The notes under the pieces were generated by a model that was not told the DNA's origin, did not search any database, and saw only the letters and a program-made list of their open reading frames with translations. This document shows, one piece after another, positions 1 to 9,691 of a stretch of DNA of 64,000 nt; within the stretch, counting starts at the first letter, position 1; every line of letters begins with the position of its first letter. The translations under genes and the position numbers were made by a program. Source of the DNA: a virus (taxonomy: Duplodnaviria > Heunggongvirae > Uroviricota > Caudoviricetes); the IMG/VR virus record IMGVR_UViG_3300001528_000192, positions 1-64,000 of that record. One strand, written 5' to 3'.

Positions 1-750
1 CTCACCTCCTGCACACATGACACTGTGTTCAGTTGCCGGAACTGTAGCTGCTACTAATTCCTTAGTAACATCTGCGTTGTAATAGTGCTCTACTGCCTCA
101 ATAGCTGGAATTGTTTCACTACCACAGAAAGAAGTCATGTGAGCCATACCAGAGATAACTGCTGCATCAAGACCAGCCATACCTCTCATTGAGAAGTCAT
201 GACAAGCGAAACCAAGATTTACGTCCTCTGGGAATCCAGTCTTCTTAGCGTGTTCCATGAGTCTCTTCTTATAAAGACGAGCACTTGTTGCCGAAGTACA
301 AGGTAGCCAAAGGGTGCAACTAATCAGAGTCTCCAAGTAATTAGTTAACCAGAAGAAATCTGGAAGAGTATTCTGGATAGTCATCATAGGAACCCTTATA
401 GGGCAAATAGAACCCTCAGGAAGAGCCTTAATCTCTATAGGGAGATAACCCAAATCATAAAGCTCCTCGATGTGCTTAGTTCCAACTTGGTTGAGGTCCA
501 CGAAGTTACCTACGCGGTAAGCAAACTGTTTGATTGCCTCATCCTTAGGCAATGCAAACCACTTATTAAATTCCTCAATTAGATACTTCTTTACAAAGTA
601 CTGAATACCAAATACTACAGAGCCTTCTGTAGCCTCTGGAAAGTAACGGCAACTTCTTGGAGTCCAGTTACTGTAAACCATTTGTGTACCTTCTGGGTAC
701 ATACGATGATGACCAAGCTTATAGCCATCAGTTGCATTAATAATTTCCAT
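1..750 (-). CDS. nadV: Nicotinamide phosphoribosyltransferase (NAMPT/NadV-like), C-terminus outside the window
   Basis: Minus-strand translation from the ATG at 750 reads MEIINATDGYKLGHHRMYPEG...LPIEIKALPEG...ATEHSVM. This matches conserved NAMPT blocks (ATDSYK, LPIEIKAVPEG, AAEHS). The frame stays open to the window edge. Confidence 0.8.
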   Translation of the reverse strand, partial: MEIINATDGYKLGHHRMYPEGTQMVYSNWTPRSCRYFPEATEGSVVFGIQYFVKKYLIEEFNKWFALPKDEAIKQFAYRVGNFVDLNQVGTKHIEELYDLGYLPIEIKALPEGSICPIRVPMMTIQNTLPDFFWLTNYLETLISCTLWLPCTSATSARLYKKRLMEHAKKTGFPEDVNLGFACHDFSMRGMAGLDAAVISGMAHMTSFCGSETIPAIEAVEHYYNADVTKELVAATVPATEHSVMCAGGE

Positions 751-880
751 TAATCTTCAAATTTATGTTATTACTAAATTTCCTCTCTAGGATCTACTTC
801 TACAGAGGAATACTTTGTCATTAAAACTGAAAATACGGCTAGAGCCACAAATATTCCCAACACAATTAAAAATCCCATAT

Positions 881-1300
881 TTAATCTCCTATTCTTTTAG
901 AAGCTGTAGTTGCGAGTTTGTCACAGTACTCATTCCATTTATCTCCATTATGTCCTTTTACGTGTTGAAACACAATATTCGGACACAACTCAGACACACG
1001 AGTATATTGTTTATCAAACTCTTCCCACAACTTCACGTTTTTACTTCTTTTCCAACCCTTAGTTGCACATCCTATGCAGTACATACTATCAGACACAATG
1101 GTCAAATTATCAATAGGTTTAGTGATACATTTAAGCCCAGTGATAATTGCACCTAATTCCATCTGATTATTAGTAGTATGTTTGTACATCTTTGAGTACC
1201 TAAGGATTAACTTATCATCCTTTAAAAATACTAAACCAAGTCCTCCTTGGTCTAGCTTAGATGAGTATGCGCCATCAGTTATTAATTTATAACTAGACAT
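881..1300 (-). CDS. rnhA: Ribonuclease HI
   Basis: The ORF-track protein carries TDGAYSSK...GGLGLV, ELGAIITGL and VKGHNGDKWNEYCDKLA, the RNase H catalytic signatures. It ends with a TAA stop. Confidence 0.85.
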   Translation of the reverse strand: MSSYKLITDGAYSSKLDQGGLGLVFLKDDKLILRYSKMYKHTTNNQMELGAIITGLKCITKPIDNLTIVSDSMYCIGCATKGWKRSKNVKLWEEFDKQYTRVSELCPNIVFQHVKGHNGDKWNEYCDKLATTASKRIGD

Positions 1301-1751
1301 GTATAAAACGAGCGTTAAGATTATCCTTCTCTATAGGACATTCTCCATATTTTGACTCTATTAGAATTTTTTGTTCATTTAGCATCTCTTCTAAATCTGG
1401 AAGGTCTTCATCCTCATCCTGTACATATAAAGATTGCCAGTTGAAGCCTCCCATATCTTCTAGTATAATTCCTCTGATTTCTTCCCTAATATGGTCTGCA
1501 AAGTCATAATATCCTATCCTTATTTCTCCTGCCTTTCCTTTAACCTTTACATAAATCTCATTAGGATTCACTCTTGTAAAGCAAACTAACTTATCATTGT
1601 AGAGCACTGGTTTTATCTCTGTACTCGGAACAAACAGCTCTGTTAATACAAGGTCATCAAAGGTTGGTTCAATAGATTTAGGAGTTTTGACTATGTATCT
1701 CTCGAAGGGATAATACTCATTAATCACGTTTATAAATTCCTCGTCTGCCAT
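1293..1751 (-). CDS. Hypothetical protein, standard code, terminates with TAG
   Basis: 152-aa ORF in the standard code. Its stop codon is TAG (plus-strand cta at 1293-1295). Its 3' end overlaps the rnhA start by 8 nt. Confidence 0.6.
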   Translation of the reverse strand: MADEEFINVINEYYPFERYIVKTPKSIEPTFDDLVLTELFVPSTEIKPVLYNDKLVCFTRVNPNEIYVKVKGKAGEIRIGYYDFADHIREEIRGIILEDMGGFNWQSLYVQDEDEDLPDLEEMLNEQKILIESKYGECPIEKDNLNARFIHV

Positions 1752-1756
1752 ATTAC

Positions 1757-1796
1757 AAAAAAAAAAGGCTTCTGCAAGAAAATTCTCACAGAAGCC
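1757..1796 (-). terminator. Rho-independent terminator (8-bp GC-containing hairpin followed by a T10 run on the minus strand)
   Basis: On the plus strand, an A10 run at 1757-1766 precedes ggcttctg...cagaagcc. On the minus strand this is a hairpin followed by T10, placed right after the stop of the 1807..2157 gene. Confidence 0.55.
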
Positions 1797-1806
1797 CTAA
1801 ATAACC

Positions 1807-2112
1807 TTAAGACTTGAGAAAATTTACTACCTTCTGTAATTTGTCTGCATCCTGCTTCTTAAAGATAAATTCGTCAAAGTGCCCAAACATGCACCTATAT
1901 CCGAATATATACTTTATAGAGTTCCAAATGCGTTTCCAGAAAGAATCTGGAACCAAATGTACTGACACATAGACATCCTTATCTTCATCGTCTGAAAAAT
2001 ACGAGAAAATAAGTTGATGTTCTACGTTATTACACTGACAAATAAATAACTCATTAGTTGAGTCATTACAAGGTACGATAATCTCTTCGTCTTTTACCTT
2101 TATATTTTCCAT
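1807..2112 (-). CDS. Hypothetical protein (start trimmed to the internal Met so it does not overlap tRNA-Trp)
   Basis: The ORF-track ORF 1807..2157 overlaps the tRNA at 2131-2202. The internal start MENIKVK at 2112 avoids the overlap. Confidence 0.45.
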   Translation of the reverse strand: MENIKVKDEEIIVPCNDSTNELFICQCNNVEHQLIFSYFSDDEDKDVYVSVHLVPDSFWKRIWNSIKYIFGYRCMFGHFDEFIFKKQDADKLQKVVNFLKS

Positions 2113-2130
2113 ATTGCTAAACTTAGTTAG

Positions 2131-2202
2131 CACACCCAGAGAGAATCGAACTCCCATCTGCGATTTTGGAGACCGCTAGTTTGACCATTAACCTATAGGT
2201 GT
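2131..2202 (-). tRNA. tRNA-Trp (anticodon CCA)
   Basis: The minus-strand sense sequence is ACACCTATAGG...GCGGT CTCCAAA ATCGC...GGAGTTCGATTCTCTCTGGGTGT. It has a 7-bp acceptor, a T-loop TTCGATT, and an anticodon loop CU-CCA-AA. Confidence 0.75.
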
Positions 2203-2419
2203 ATAAATCAGACAACAAGGTTCTAACATTCTCTTTAGCCTCCATTGAAGAACCCAAAATAGAGGGGTCTTTATCATTTTTAAGAAGTAAAGTAAATTTT
2301 GCTGTATGTTGTCTTATAAGGATACCTAACAGCACTCCTACCTCATTACAAGGATGGCTGTTCGGCTTAAAGCCTACTCAGGGTTTTTGGTTTGTATCCT
2401 ACTTACTATAAACCCTTTT

Positions 2420-3373
2420 TCAGTTTAATATTTTCTTCATGCGGTTTTTCTTAACCCATTCTTCAACATCCGCAGTAATTCTGTTTATATCCCCCAACGA
2501 GAAAGGAATGCCTGGGTCGGAAATAATGTTGCTAACTATAGAGTTAACTTTCTTCCTAACTAAGGAATCTACAAGCATTTGCTCATGGGTTTCCTCTATT
2601 TCTTTTCTGCGCTCTCTACGGGACTTACGTTCTGCATCTCTATTCTCATAGTAATGCTTAGAATACTCTGGAGATCCCTCATAATAAGTCTTGTTAACAG
2701 AATCATAATAGCACTTTATAAAGTCAGAAACACTAAGTCTATCATATTTAGCATTTCTAATGAAGTCTAGATGCCAGGTATCAGGACAATTTACTCTGTC
2801 TAGACTCAACTTTCCTATGGCTTCTCCTATACATTCCTGTACTTTCTTCCCAAGGGATTCAGTAAGTTTACTGCTAGACAAGACTATATATTCTATACCC
2901 TTGCCTAATTTGGACTTCAAATATAGTATAATTTCAGGATATTCCAAAAGTTTTTCCTTATCAACTATATAGTAATCATCAGATCTATCTAGCTCCATAA
3001 CATACTTTCTACGTTTGTCCTTCTTGATAGGCTTATATCTTCTAATGATATGGTCCGAGTCAAGATAGTAATCGTTTCTACGCCAGTATATATCTGACAT
3101 ATTATGAGGATCAATTCTGGATTTGAACTCTTCTCGGAACTCAAAATCATTTTTCTTCCTAAATTTCTCACAAACTTTAGGATAGATATTATCAAATTTC
3201 TTACCGACAGAATCCTCAAGGAATCTGTTTATCCAGCCATAAGCGTCCTTATTCCAATGGTTATAATATCCATAGGTCCCATCACGACGGGTTCTCTCAC
3301 GCATTGCTTCACGCTTAGGAAGAACAATGTCTTCATAATCACTAGGTAATCCCTGATAAAATTCGTAAACCAT
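2420..3373 (-). CDS. Hypothetical protein (317 aa, rich in basic and acidic residues)
   Basis: Long ORF in the standard code with a TGA stop. No recognisable motif. Confidence 0.6.
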   Translation of the reverse strand: MVYEFYQGLPSDYEDIVLPKREAMRERTRRDGTYGYYNHWNKDAYGWINRFLEDSVGKKFDNIYPKVCEKFRKKNDFEFREEFKSRIDPHNMSDIYWRRNDYYLDSDHIIRRYKPIKKDKRRKYVMELDRSDDYYIVDKEKLLEYPEIILYLKSKLGKGIEYIVLSSSKLTESLGKKVQECIGEAIGKLSLDRVNCPDTWHLDFIRNAKYDRLSVSDFIKCYYDSVNKTYYEGSPEYSKHYYENRDAERKSRRERRKEIEETHEQMLVDSLVRKKVNSIVSNIISDPGIPFSLGDINRITADVEEWVKKNRMKKILN

Positions 3374-3387
3374 ATGTTAAAAATTAA

Positions 3388-3434
3388 AGTTAGTTGTAGC
3401 TCTGGCAGGAATCGAACCTGCCAAAAATACCATA
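3388..3434 (-). other. Truncated tRNA-like minihelix (acceptor stem plus T-arm only)
   Basis: The sense sequence is AAGCTCT-ATATGGTATTTTT-GGCAGG TTCGATT CCTGCC-AGAGCTA CA. The acceptor has 6-7 bp and the T-arm is canonical, but only 13 nt separate them. No D-arm or anticodon arm is present. Confidence 0.3.
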
Positions 3435-3603
3435 TAGAGCTTAATCTTCTAAGCAGCTTAATATTAAATCAAATACTGGATAGAAGAATGATTGAACTAG
3501 GAACCATACTATCGCAATGGCTCCAACACTAGATGATATATTAATTCCAATAATCATCAAAATTATTACTATACAAGGTATACAATATATACCTAGGTAT
3601 AAC

Positions 3604-4197
3604 TTACTCAGTTTCTTTTTCATAATAGCATACTAAAGTATAAGGATGTAATATACCCTCTTTTTCAAGTTCATAGAATAATTGCTCAAATACTATTATT
3701 CTCACAAATCCTAAATTGAACTCTGTTTTTGAGGGCTGCTTCCAAGTATATGGACACTCTGCGACATAGCATAATTTACCATTAATAACTCGCATTTTTA
3801 AGTAACAATAGTTTAGTAGAATAGCTGCATTTTTCTCTTTTGAGTTAATTGCATAATCTTTATTGCCATTCCAAGCCATCCTACCAAGCTCATTGTCCTT
3901 AAATCTTTGTCTTATCTTTGGAGACAACCATTTATTGTTATGTATAAACAGGGTATCCTGTTTGGTTAACATCCTAAAATTAGCATACCCAGCATCAGCA
4001 CAGTATAGACTTCCAACGGTATATAAACCTGCATGTAATGTCAATATGCTAGCTTTTTCATATAAACTGATTGGAATATTTTTATCTATTTTGTTAACAG
4101 TTTTATACTGATAGCTAACTAAATAAAAAATTCCATTTGCGATACTAATTATCACTATGATAACTAATATCTTTAATAATCTCTTTAACTTTTTCAT
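3604..4197 (-). CDS. Hypothetical protein with an N-terminal membrane anchor
   Basis: 197-aa ORF. The N-terminus KRLLKILVIIVIISIANGIFYLV is a transmembrane helix. The start ATG overlaps the stop of the upstream recoded gene (ATGA). Confidence 0.6.
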   Translation of the reverse strand: MKKLKRLLKILVIIVIISIANGIFYLVSYQYKTVNKIDKNIPISLYEKASILTLHAGLYTVGSLYCADAGYANFRMLTKQDTLFIHNNKWLSPKIRQRFKDNELGRMAWNGNKDYAINSKEKNAAILLNYCYLKMRVINGKLCYVAECPYTWKQPSKTEFNLGFVRIIVFEQLFYELEKEGILHPYTLVCYYEKETE

Positions 4198-5456
4198 TTT
4201 TTATCTTTATTGTTTCTTTGTCTATTATATTCTCTTGCCCACTTATTTAGTTGCTCAGTGGGAATATTAGTAACGTCAGAGTGCCTTTTAGTGTCAACAC
4301 CCCTCAAGGCTGCAACAGTTTCCATTATCGGCTAAATACCCTTGACTCCAGCTTTTTTAGCATCAATGCCTGCCTTTACTGAAGAATAAAGACTGCTATT
4401 TCCCTCTCCATCTCCTAACACTTGAACTACACCCACCTTTCCATTTGGTTTTGTTCCCCACACATTGTTGAATGTGTAGTTATCTCCACGAGAGTAAAAT
4501 CCATCTTTATCAAATCCAGTTCCGGCGGACTATCCGTAAATGTTGTGATACGGAAGGTTTATTGCATTTTTAAACTAATCAGAAACCCTCTCCCAGAATC
4601 CTCTATCATCCTTATTCTGCCCATGGAATGATGATCCAGAATCCCCGTGTTCCCCACCTAAAGCACTATGTGCGGAATCGGTTATACTTCCATCTCCACC
4701 ATTTGCTAAATTATACAAAGAAGCTGCAACAGCTTGTCTCTCAGTTCCCTCCCCTAGATCAAATATAGTATGACCATGAGGGTTTAAAAGTCCTGCTACA
4801 TAATTCCCTGCAACATTGTGAAAGTTGTTGATACGACGAACAAGAGGTGCTTTCTCTCCACCTGACTTATAAAGCCAATCAATAAAGTCTTGATTCTACT
4901 TTACATCATCAAACGTTGTCTTATCAGAGTTATTTCTCCAGTTATTAAAGGCATTATAGGCTCCCTCTGTAGTCCCTGTGATAGCAGGCAACCCTACAAC
5001 ACCAGCTGCAATAGTATAGCCTAACCTCTTCTTACGAATTTTACTCGCCCCCTGTGAAATGAAAGGTTTCATAGCCTCTTGCCTAGCCTTTAGAAGAGCT
5101 AACTTATTTGCATCTCCTCCAAATTCCATAGCACCACTCTTGTAAACCTTAGTAGCTTTATCAGAATTATTCTTCATCCACTCAAGCTCTGCTTTAGAGG
5201 CAGCACTTCTCATGGCTTTAGCATCCCTAATAGCCTATTTCTTTCCTTCAAGATTTGCATCTCTCATTTTCTAAGTAGGTCTCCAACTACTCTTCTGTTG
5301 CAATATTCTCTATTTTGCTAGTTTATTTAACTGCTTTTCAGCAGCTGCTTCACCTGTGAATATTCTTCTCAACCCATTAGATGCCAACTTAGCTTTATTT
5401 GCAAGTTTACTAAACTAGAGAATTGCGCCTCTCTATGCTTTATTAATTTGTGCCAT
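4194..5456 (-). CDS. TAG-recoded gene, hypothetical protein (about 420 aa with TAG read as Gln)
   Basis: ATG at 5456 to TGA at 4194-4196 is exactly 421 codons, with 8 in-frame TAG. Translation with TAG=Q gives a continuous protein (…AMRSAASKAELEWMKNN…SAHSALGGEHGDSGSS…) containing ORF-track fragment 4896..5213. Confidence 0.5.
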
Positions 5457-5466
5457 TTTTTTTTTA

Positions 5467-6381
5467 TCAATATCCAAACTACATCTTTCTCTAATAAATA
5501 GAGAACAAACTGTTCGGGTCATACTATGATGCCCATGTCTAGGCTACCTTATCAAAGGCATCTTGGGTTTGTTGTCCCCATTTTCCATCAGCATTTATAC
5601 CTAATTTCTACTGAAGCTCTTTGACTGCTTCGGGACTATTATATCCAGCTTTAGCGGCACGGTAGTCAAATACACTGTCATAACCACTGTTATGAGCTTC
5701 CATAGTATCATCAGCTGTACCTACAATTTGCCCAGTTTGCTTATTATAGATATAACCATTACTACCTTGAAGATATTGGTCTGGGGTTAGCCAGTTAGAA
5801 CCATCGTAATAATTGGTATTTCCAAACCTGTCAACACCAAATCCCTGTTGCTAGTCTTCATATTGTCCAGTTTCCTAGTTGTATTCCTGCCAACCCTTAT
5901 TAGGATCGTACATATATTGCTGAGGAGTTTCTTCAGCTACGTTAGTAGACGCAGGGCTTCCAGAAAAAGCACTGTAAGTTCCAAGCCCAAGAGCTCCGAG
6001 AGTTCCTACTGTAGATAGTCGCTTGATTCCTTTGTTTCTAACTTGACGGAAAGCATCTTGAGTAACCTACTCCTTAGTTCTAGCAAGATTCTCTCTCGCC
6101 CCAGCAGTTATATTGGCAGCATCACTAAGCCTCTTTTGGTTCCTTGCACTGCCTGGATTCTTCCATTTTGCGGATCTACCTACAAGAGCCTTTTCTGACT
6201 GTCTAGCTGCCTCTAGTCCCTATCTAGCCTCTGCCAATTCTGGAGAGGCTTGCCTTAATTCAATAACCTTCTTATTTCCGCCACCTAATCTAACCATTAG
6301 TTGCTTAGTTTTATTTGGCAGTAATCGGAGTCTCTAGGTTGCTTTATCAACTCCTTTTCTTAATCCTTCTCCTTTTCCCAT
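5467..6381 (-). CDS. TAG-recoded gene; the protein has a C-terminal peptidoglycan-binding-like domain
   Basis: ATG at 6381 to TGA at 5467-5469 is exactly 305 codons, with about 11 in-frame TAG. The C-terminus reads ...VKELQ[Q]KLGINADGKWGQQTQDAFDKV, which resembles a PG_binding_1 domain. Confidence 0.5.
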
Positions 6382-6385
6382 AATA

Positions 6386-7423
6386 TTAATTAGTTGCTAA
6401 GTCCCACATTGTTCCAATGTTTCCAGTGAAACTATTATCCCTAGAACTTAATATGTTAAAATCATTATAACTATCTCCTAAGCTATTTTTAATGTCTGCC
6501 TCCGAAGCTCCCTGCTTCCTAGCCTGCTTTACCTAATTGAATAAAGGCTATAGTTGCTGTTTAGTATTCTTAACATCCTAGTAACCAGTATAAAGACTGG
6601 ATCCTATTTGAGGCATATCATACATTAGCTTAGCATTTAAAGCCCAATTAGCCGGTCTTTCTACTTTACTAAGTACCTTTACACCTTTCCCTACTGTATT
6701 AGCAGCTCTTGCTAACTTTGTAGCCTATAGACCTACCTTTAAGCCTCGTCCTATATTTCCTATGAAAGGAATGGCAAAGACAGCATTCATCGCTGCTTCT
6801 CCCCAATCTCCCCTTCGAGCTGCATTATATGCATCTCCTGCTGCCATAGCATTTCCAACTCCAGGAATAAAATATCCAGCAGTTCCTGCTAGGTCTGAGA
6901 CTGTAGAATTGGCATGATACAATCCAGTTTTATCTCCTAGCCACTGAATTGCCTTACCTCCAATTGATTCAGCTTCATCAGTAGGCTAGGCACTTTGAGA
7001 CTTATTTGGTTGCCACCTTTTCTATGGTTGAGACTATCTAGCCCTTTTCTCATCAGATATATTCAAATAAGTATCCCTGTTATCAAAGGGATTTCTCTAT
7101 ATATAGTTTCCGTATTGATCTCTTCTGGCTCCAGCTGCTTTAGCATTTTCATCAAGTCTAGAGTTAGCCTCACTCCAACTGGCAGTTCTTCCCTCTTTAG
7201 AAGACCTAACGTCATTAAGCCTCCAACGACCATTCTAGTATATATTTCCATTCCTAGTGTTCATAGAGGTTCTATTTGCATAATCTCTACCATATTTACT
7301 AGCTAAATATCTCCAAGCAGCTCCAGTTATAGGACGCCCTTTCTAAGCAATTTTATTGCCATTCACGTCTCGGTAATATCCATCCTTACCGAGCCACAAT
7401 TTACTCATATCAAAGTTTGCCAT
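6386..7423 (-). CDS. TAG-recoded gene, hypothetical Gly/Ala-rich protein
   Basis: ATG at 7423 (MANFDMSKLWLGKDG) to TAA at 6386-6388 is in frame over 346 codons, with several TAG. It contains ORF-track fragment 6725..6922. An A/T-rich tract lies just upstream of the start. Confidence 0.5.
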
Positions 7424-7728
7424 TGTCTTTCTTTTTTTTTTAATTAGGAACAGGTAGTACCTCCTGATGGATTCAAACCACCGCCAATCTCACTACTATC
7501 TATGCAATATAGAATTTGCTAAATTTCTTCCACTGATATAAGGAGGTATCCCCAGTTAGTTATACTCCAACTGGAAATGAGTCTAGGCTATTTTCACTGG
7601 TTTTATTATAACATTCCATTGTCCCAGCACCTATCGTGACGTTCTTTCTCTTTCTAACCCAAATGATTAATTTCAAGGTAATTTACGATATTTAAACGAG
7701 TCAGTGGGAGATGTTTGTTACCTAATTT

Positions 7729-8730
7729 TTACTTGATAGTAACTGTTGCTACACGACCACTAGTTATGTCAGTAACACCAGTTCCGATACAGTTCTCTAC
7801 AATTACACCATTTCCAGTTAAGAACTTAGAAACAGCTTCCGCACGCTTCTCAGATAACTTCTGATTATATTTAGAAGAACCCTCTGGAGATGCAGAACCA
7901 ATAATGCTTACTTTAGAACCAGTCGGAATCTTTGATAGTTCTGCCATAGCAGTTCCAGTAAGTTCTGAAGAGTTTTGAGCAAAGAACACTACTGTGTTAC
8001 CAATTGTATTAGTAACAACCTCGGTCTTAACGACTTCCTTTACAATTTCTGTAGGTTTCTTTGCCAAATCCTTCTTGAGAGAATTAATTTCATTGTTCAT
8101 TGCAGCAATATCGTATGCCTTAAAACTTCTAGTACCATTAGAAGTCTTGAAGTGATATACCCATCCAACCAAGACACCAAGCTGAGCATAATTCTTGTTG
8201 AACTCTACATGACCAGTCTTGTTCAGATTCCAATATACCGCAGGATTGATTATAACTGAATGAGCCCTCTCCTTACCAAGATTAAAAGACAATATTGCTC
8301 CAGTCTTAGAGGTGATATAATTAGAATGCCCAGTCCAGCTATGAAGCCAGCCAATACCAGTCTCAGTGCTTACTTCAAATTTGCGAGGAGTTCCGTTGTA
8401 TCCACACAATAGGTTAGAGAGATTAATAACTCCATTTAACCCAGTATTGATAGACTTTACTACAGTAGAAGCGCTACCATAGTGATTATCCCCGAAGGAA
8501 GCAAGTCCTTCAACGTTAAACCCGAACACAGGAGTAAGATCCTTCTGCAACTTAATGCCAGCAACTCCATTTATAGGGAATACTGAATTAAAGTCTAAAG
8601 GAGTAGTTGCTCCACCTACAACACTAATAGAAGTGTTATCAAGGATTTTAGATTTCTCATACGCTGTTTGTGCATAGGTAAAACTACACAGAGTAAACAG
8701 CAAACTCATGATGAAAATAAATTTCTTCAT
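7729..8730 (-). CDS. OmpA-family outer-membrane protein (signal peptide, beta-barrel-like N-domain, OmpA C-domain)
   Basis: The signal peptide is MKKFIFIMSLLFTLCSFTYAQ. The C-terminus reads VVFFAQNSSELT...IIGSASPEGSSKYNQKLSEKRAEAV, the OmpA/MotB peptidoglycan-binding signature. Confidence 0.8.
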   Translation of the reverse strand: MKKFIFIMSLLFTLCSFTYAQTAYEKSKILDNTSISVVGGATTPLDFNSVFPINGVAGIKLQKDLTPVFGFNVEGLASFGDNHYGSASTVVKSINTGLNGVINLSNLLCGYNGTPRKFEVSTETGIGWLHSWTGHSNYITSKTGAILSFNLGKERAHSVIINPAVYWNLNKTGHVEFNKNYAQLGVLVGWVYHFKTSNGTRSFKAYDIAAMNNEINSLKKDLAKKPTEIVKEVVKTEVVTNTIGNTVVFFAQNSSELTGTAMAELSKIPTGSKVSIIGSASPEGSSKYNQKLSEKRAEAVSKFLTGNGVIVENCIGTGVTDITSGRVATVTIK

Positions 8731-8788
8731 AGAATTTTTAATAATTTAATTAATATATAACAGTGAAACCTATATTAGAAGGTTGAGA

Positions 8789-8850
8789 GGATTTGAACCT
8801 CTATAGAGCCTTAACTCCAACCCAAACAGAGCACCTCCACTGTTTCTATT
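8789..8850 (-). other. Degenerate tRNA-like element (T-arm AGAGG TTCAAAT CCTCT plus acceptor, no D-arm)
   Basis: The sense sequence is GGAGGTG...AGAGGTTCAAATCCTCTCAACCTTC. The T-arm and a 6-bp acceptor are present. The body is about 10 nt too short for a canonical tRNA. Confidence 0.2.
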
Positions 8851-9003
8851 TATCTTCTAACAATAGCAAGAGAATATCCTACATTAACCTCAGTAGAAAT
8901 TGGGCTAGACCAGCTAGCTATTAAATTCAAAAGTCATTTTGTGAATATATGCTATTTTGAATTTTGCTGCAAGTGCTCTTATTATAAAATTATGGCAAAA
9001 ACT

Positions 9004-9291
9004 TCATTCTAAAATACCATATCCGAAACCTAGTCTAGTGACTAGATACTTACCTAAATCTTTCATTTTCTTACGCAACCTTGACATAGTAGTGTCTACA
9101 GTTCTCAAAGAAACTCTAGAACTCCATACATTGTTGAGAATTTCCTGTCTGGAATGTATCTTGTTCTTATTCTTTATAAGAAATTCAAGGAGATTGAACT
9201 CATTTTTTGTGAGATTAATTTCTTCTCCACCTATAGTGCATACTTTTATGTCTAAGTTGAGTTTCAGTTCTTTAAACACAAGTTCGTTCAT
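9004..9291 (-). CDS. Winged-helix (OmpR/PhoB-type) DNA-binding transcriptional regulator; no receiver domain
   Basis: The protein contains LTKNEFNLLEFLIKNKNKIHSRQEILNNVWSSRVSLRTVDTTMSRLRKKM...LVTRLGFGY, which matches the trans_reg_C pattern. Confidence 0.7.
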   Translation of the reverse strand: MNELVFKELKLNLDIKVCTIGGEEINLTKNEFNLLEFLIKNKNKIHSRQEILNNVWSSRVSLRTVDTTMSRLRKKMKDLGKYLVTRLGFGYGILE

Positions 9292-9691
9292 TATCTTTTT
9301 GCTTAGTTATATCCTCATATTTATGGTAGCGATAGTAACTCCTTTCTCCGCATTTGTTTTTAGATTTGTAGGTGTCTAACTGAGAATCACAGTTTGGACA
9401 TATACATCTAAGGTTAGTTCTAATATTATTAGATGCGTGACCATCTATATGGTCTAGAATAAACACTAGAGGTTTTCCGTTCCACTCAGGCTTTGAACCA
9501 CATATAGCACATACTCCATTTTGTTCTTGAAGTATGTCTTCCTTGAAAGCATGTGGAGAGTAATTAGCCCTCATTATAGATGGATCTCCATCTAGTATTT
9601 TCTGATACCCAATTTTGTGCTGGTATTCTCTCTGACACTTGTTATCACAAAATTTATGCCTGTAGCTACTGCCATTATCCTGATTTAACAA
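9272..9691 (-). CDS. HNH endonuclease (possible N-terminal extension to 9857 through an in-frame TAG)
   Basis: The protein reads CAICG...LDHIDGHASNN...LRCICPNCDS (HNH). The same frame stays open upstream through the TAG at 9773-9775 to the ATG at 9857. That extension encodes MSYEDIGRHYGCSGSNIKKVAARIGIQLP-, which is HTH-like. Confidence 0.7.
   Translation of the reverse strand: MLNQDNGSSYRHKFCDNKCQREYQHKIGYQKILDGDPSIMRANYSPHAFKEDILQEQNGVCAICGSKPEWNGKPLVFILDHIDGHASNNIRTNLRCICPNCDSQLDTYKSKNKCGERSYYRYHKYEDITKQKDNERTCV

Noticed and set aside
2199-3349. Several 60-80 aa plus-strand ORFs inside or antisense to gene 2420..3373
   Set aside because: These are shadow ORFs of a long, well-supported minus-strand gene.
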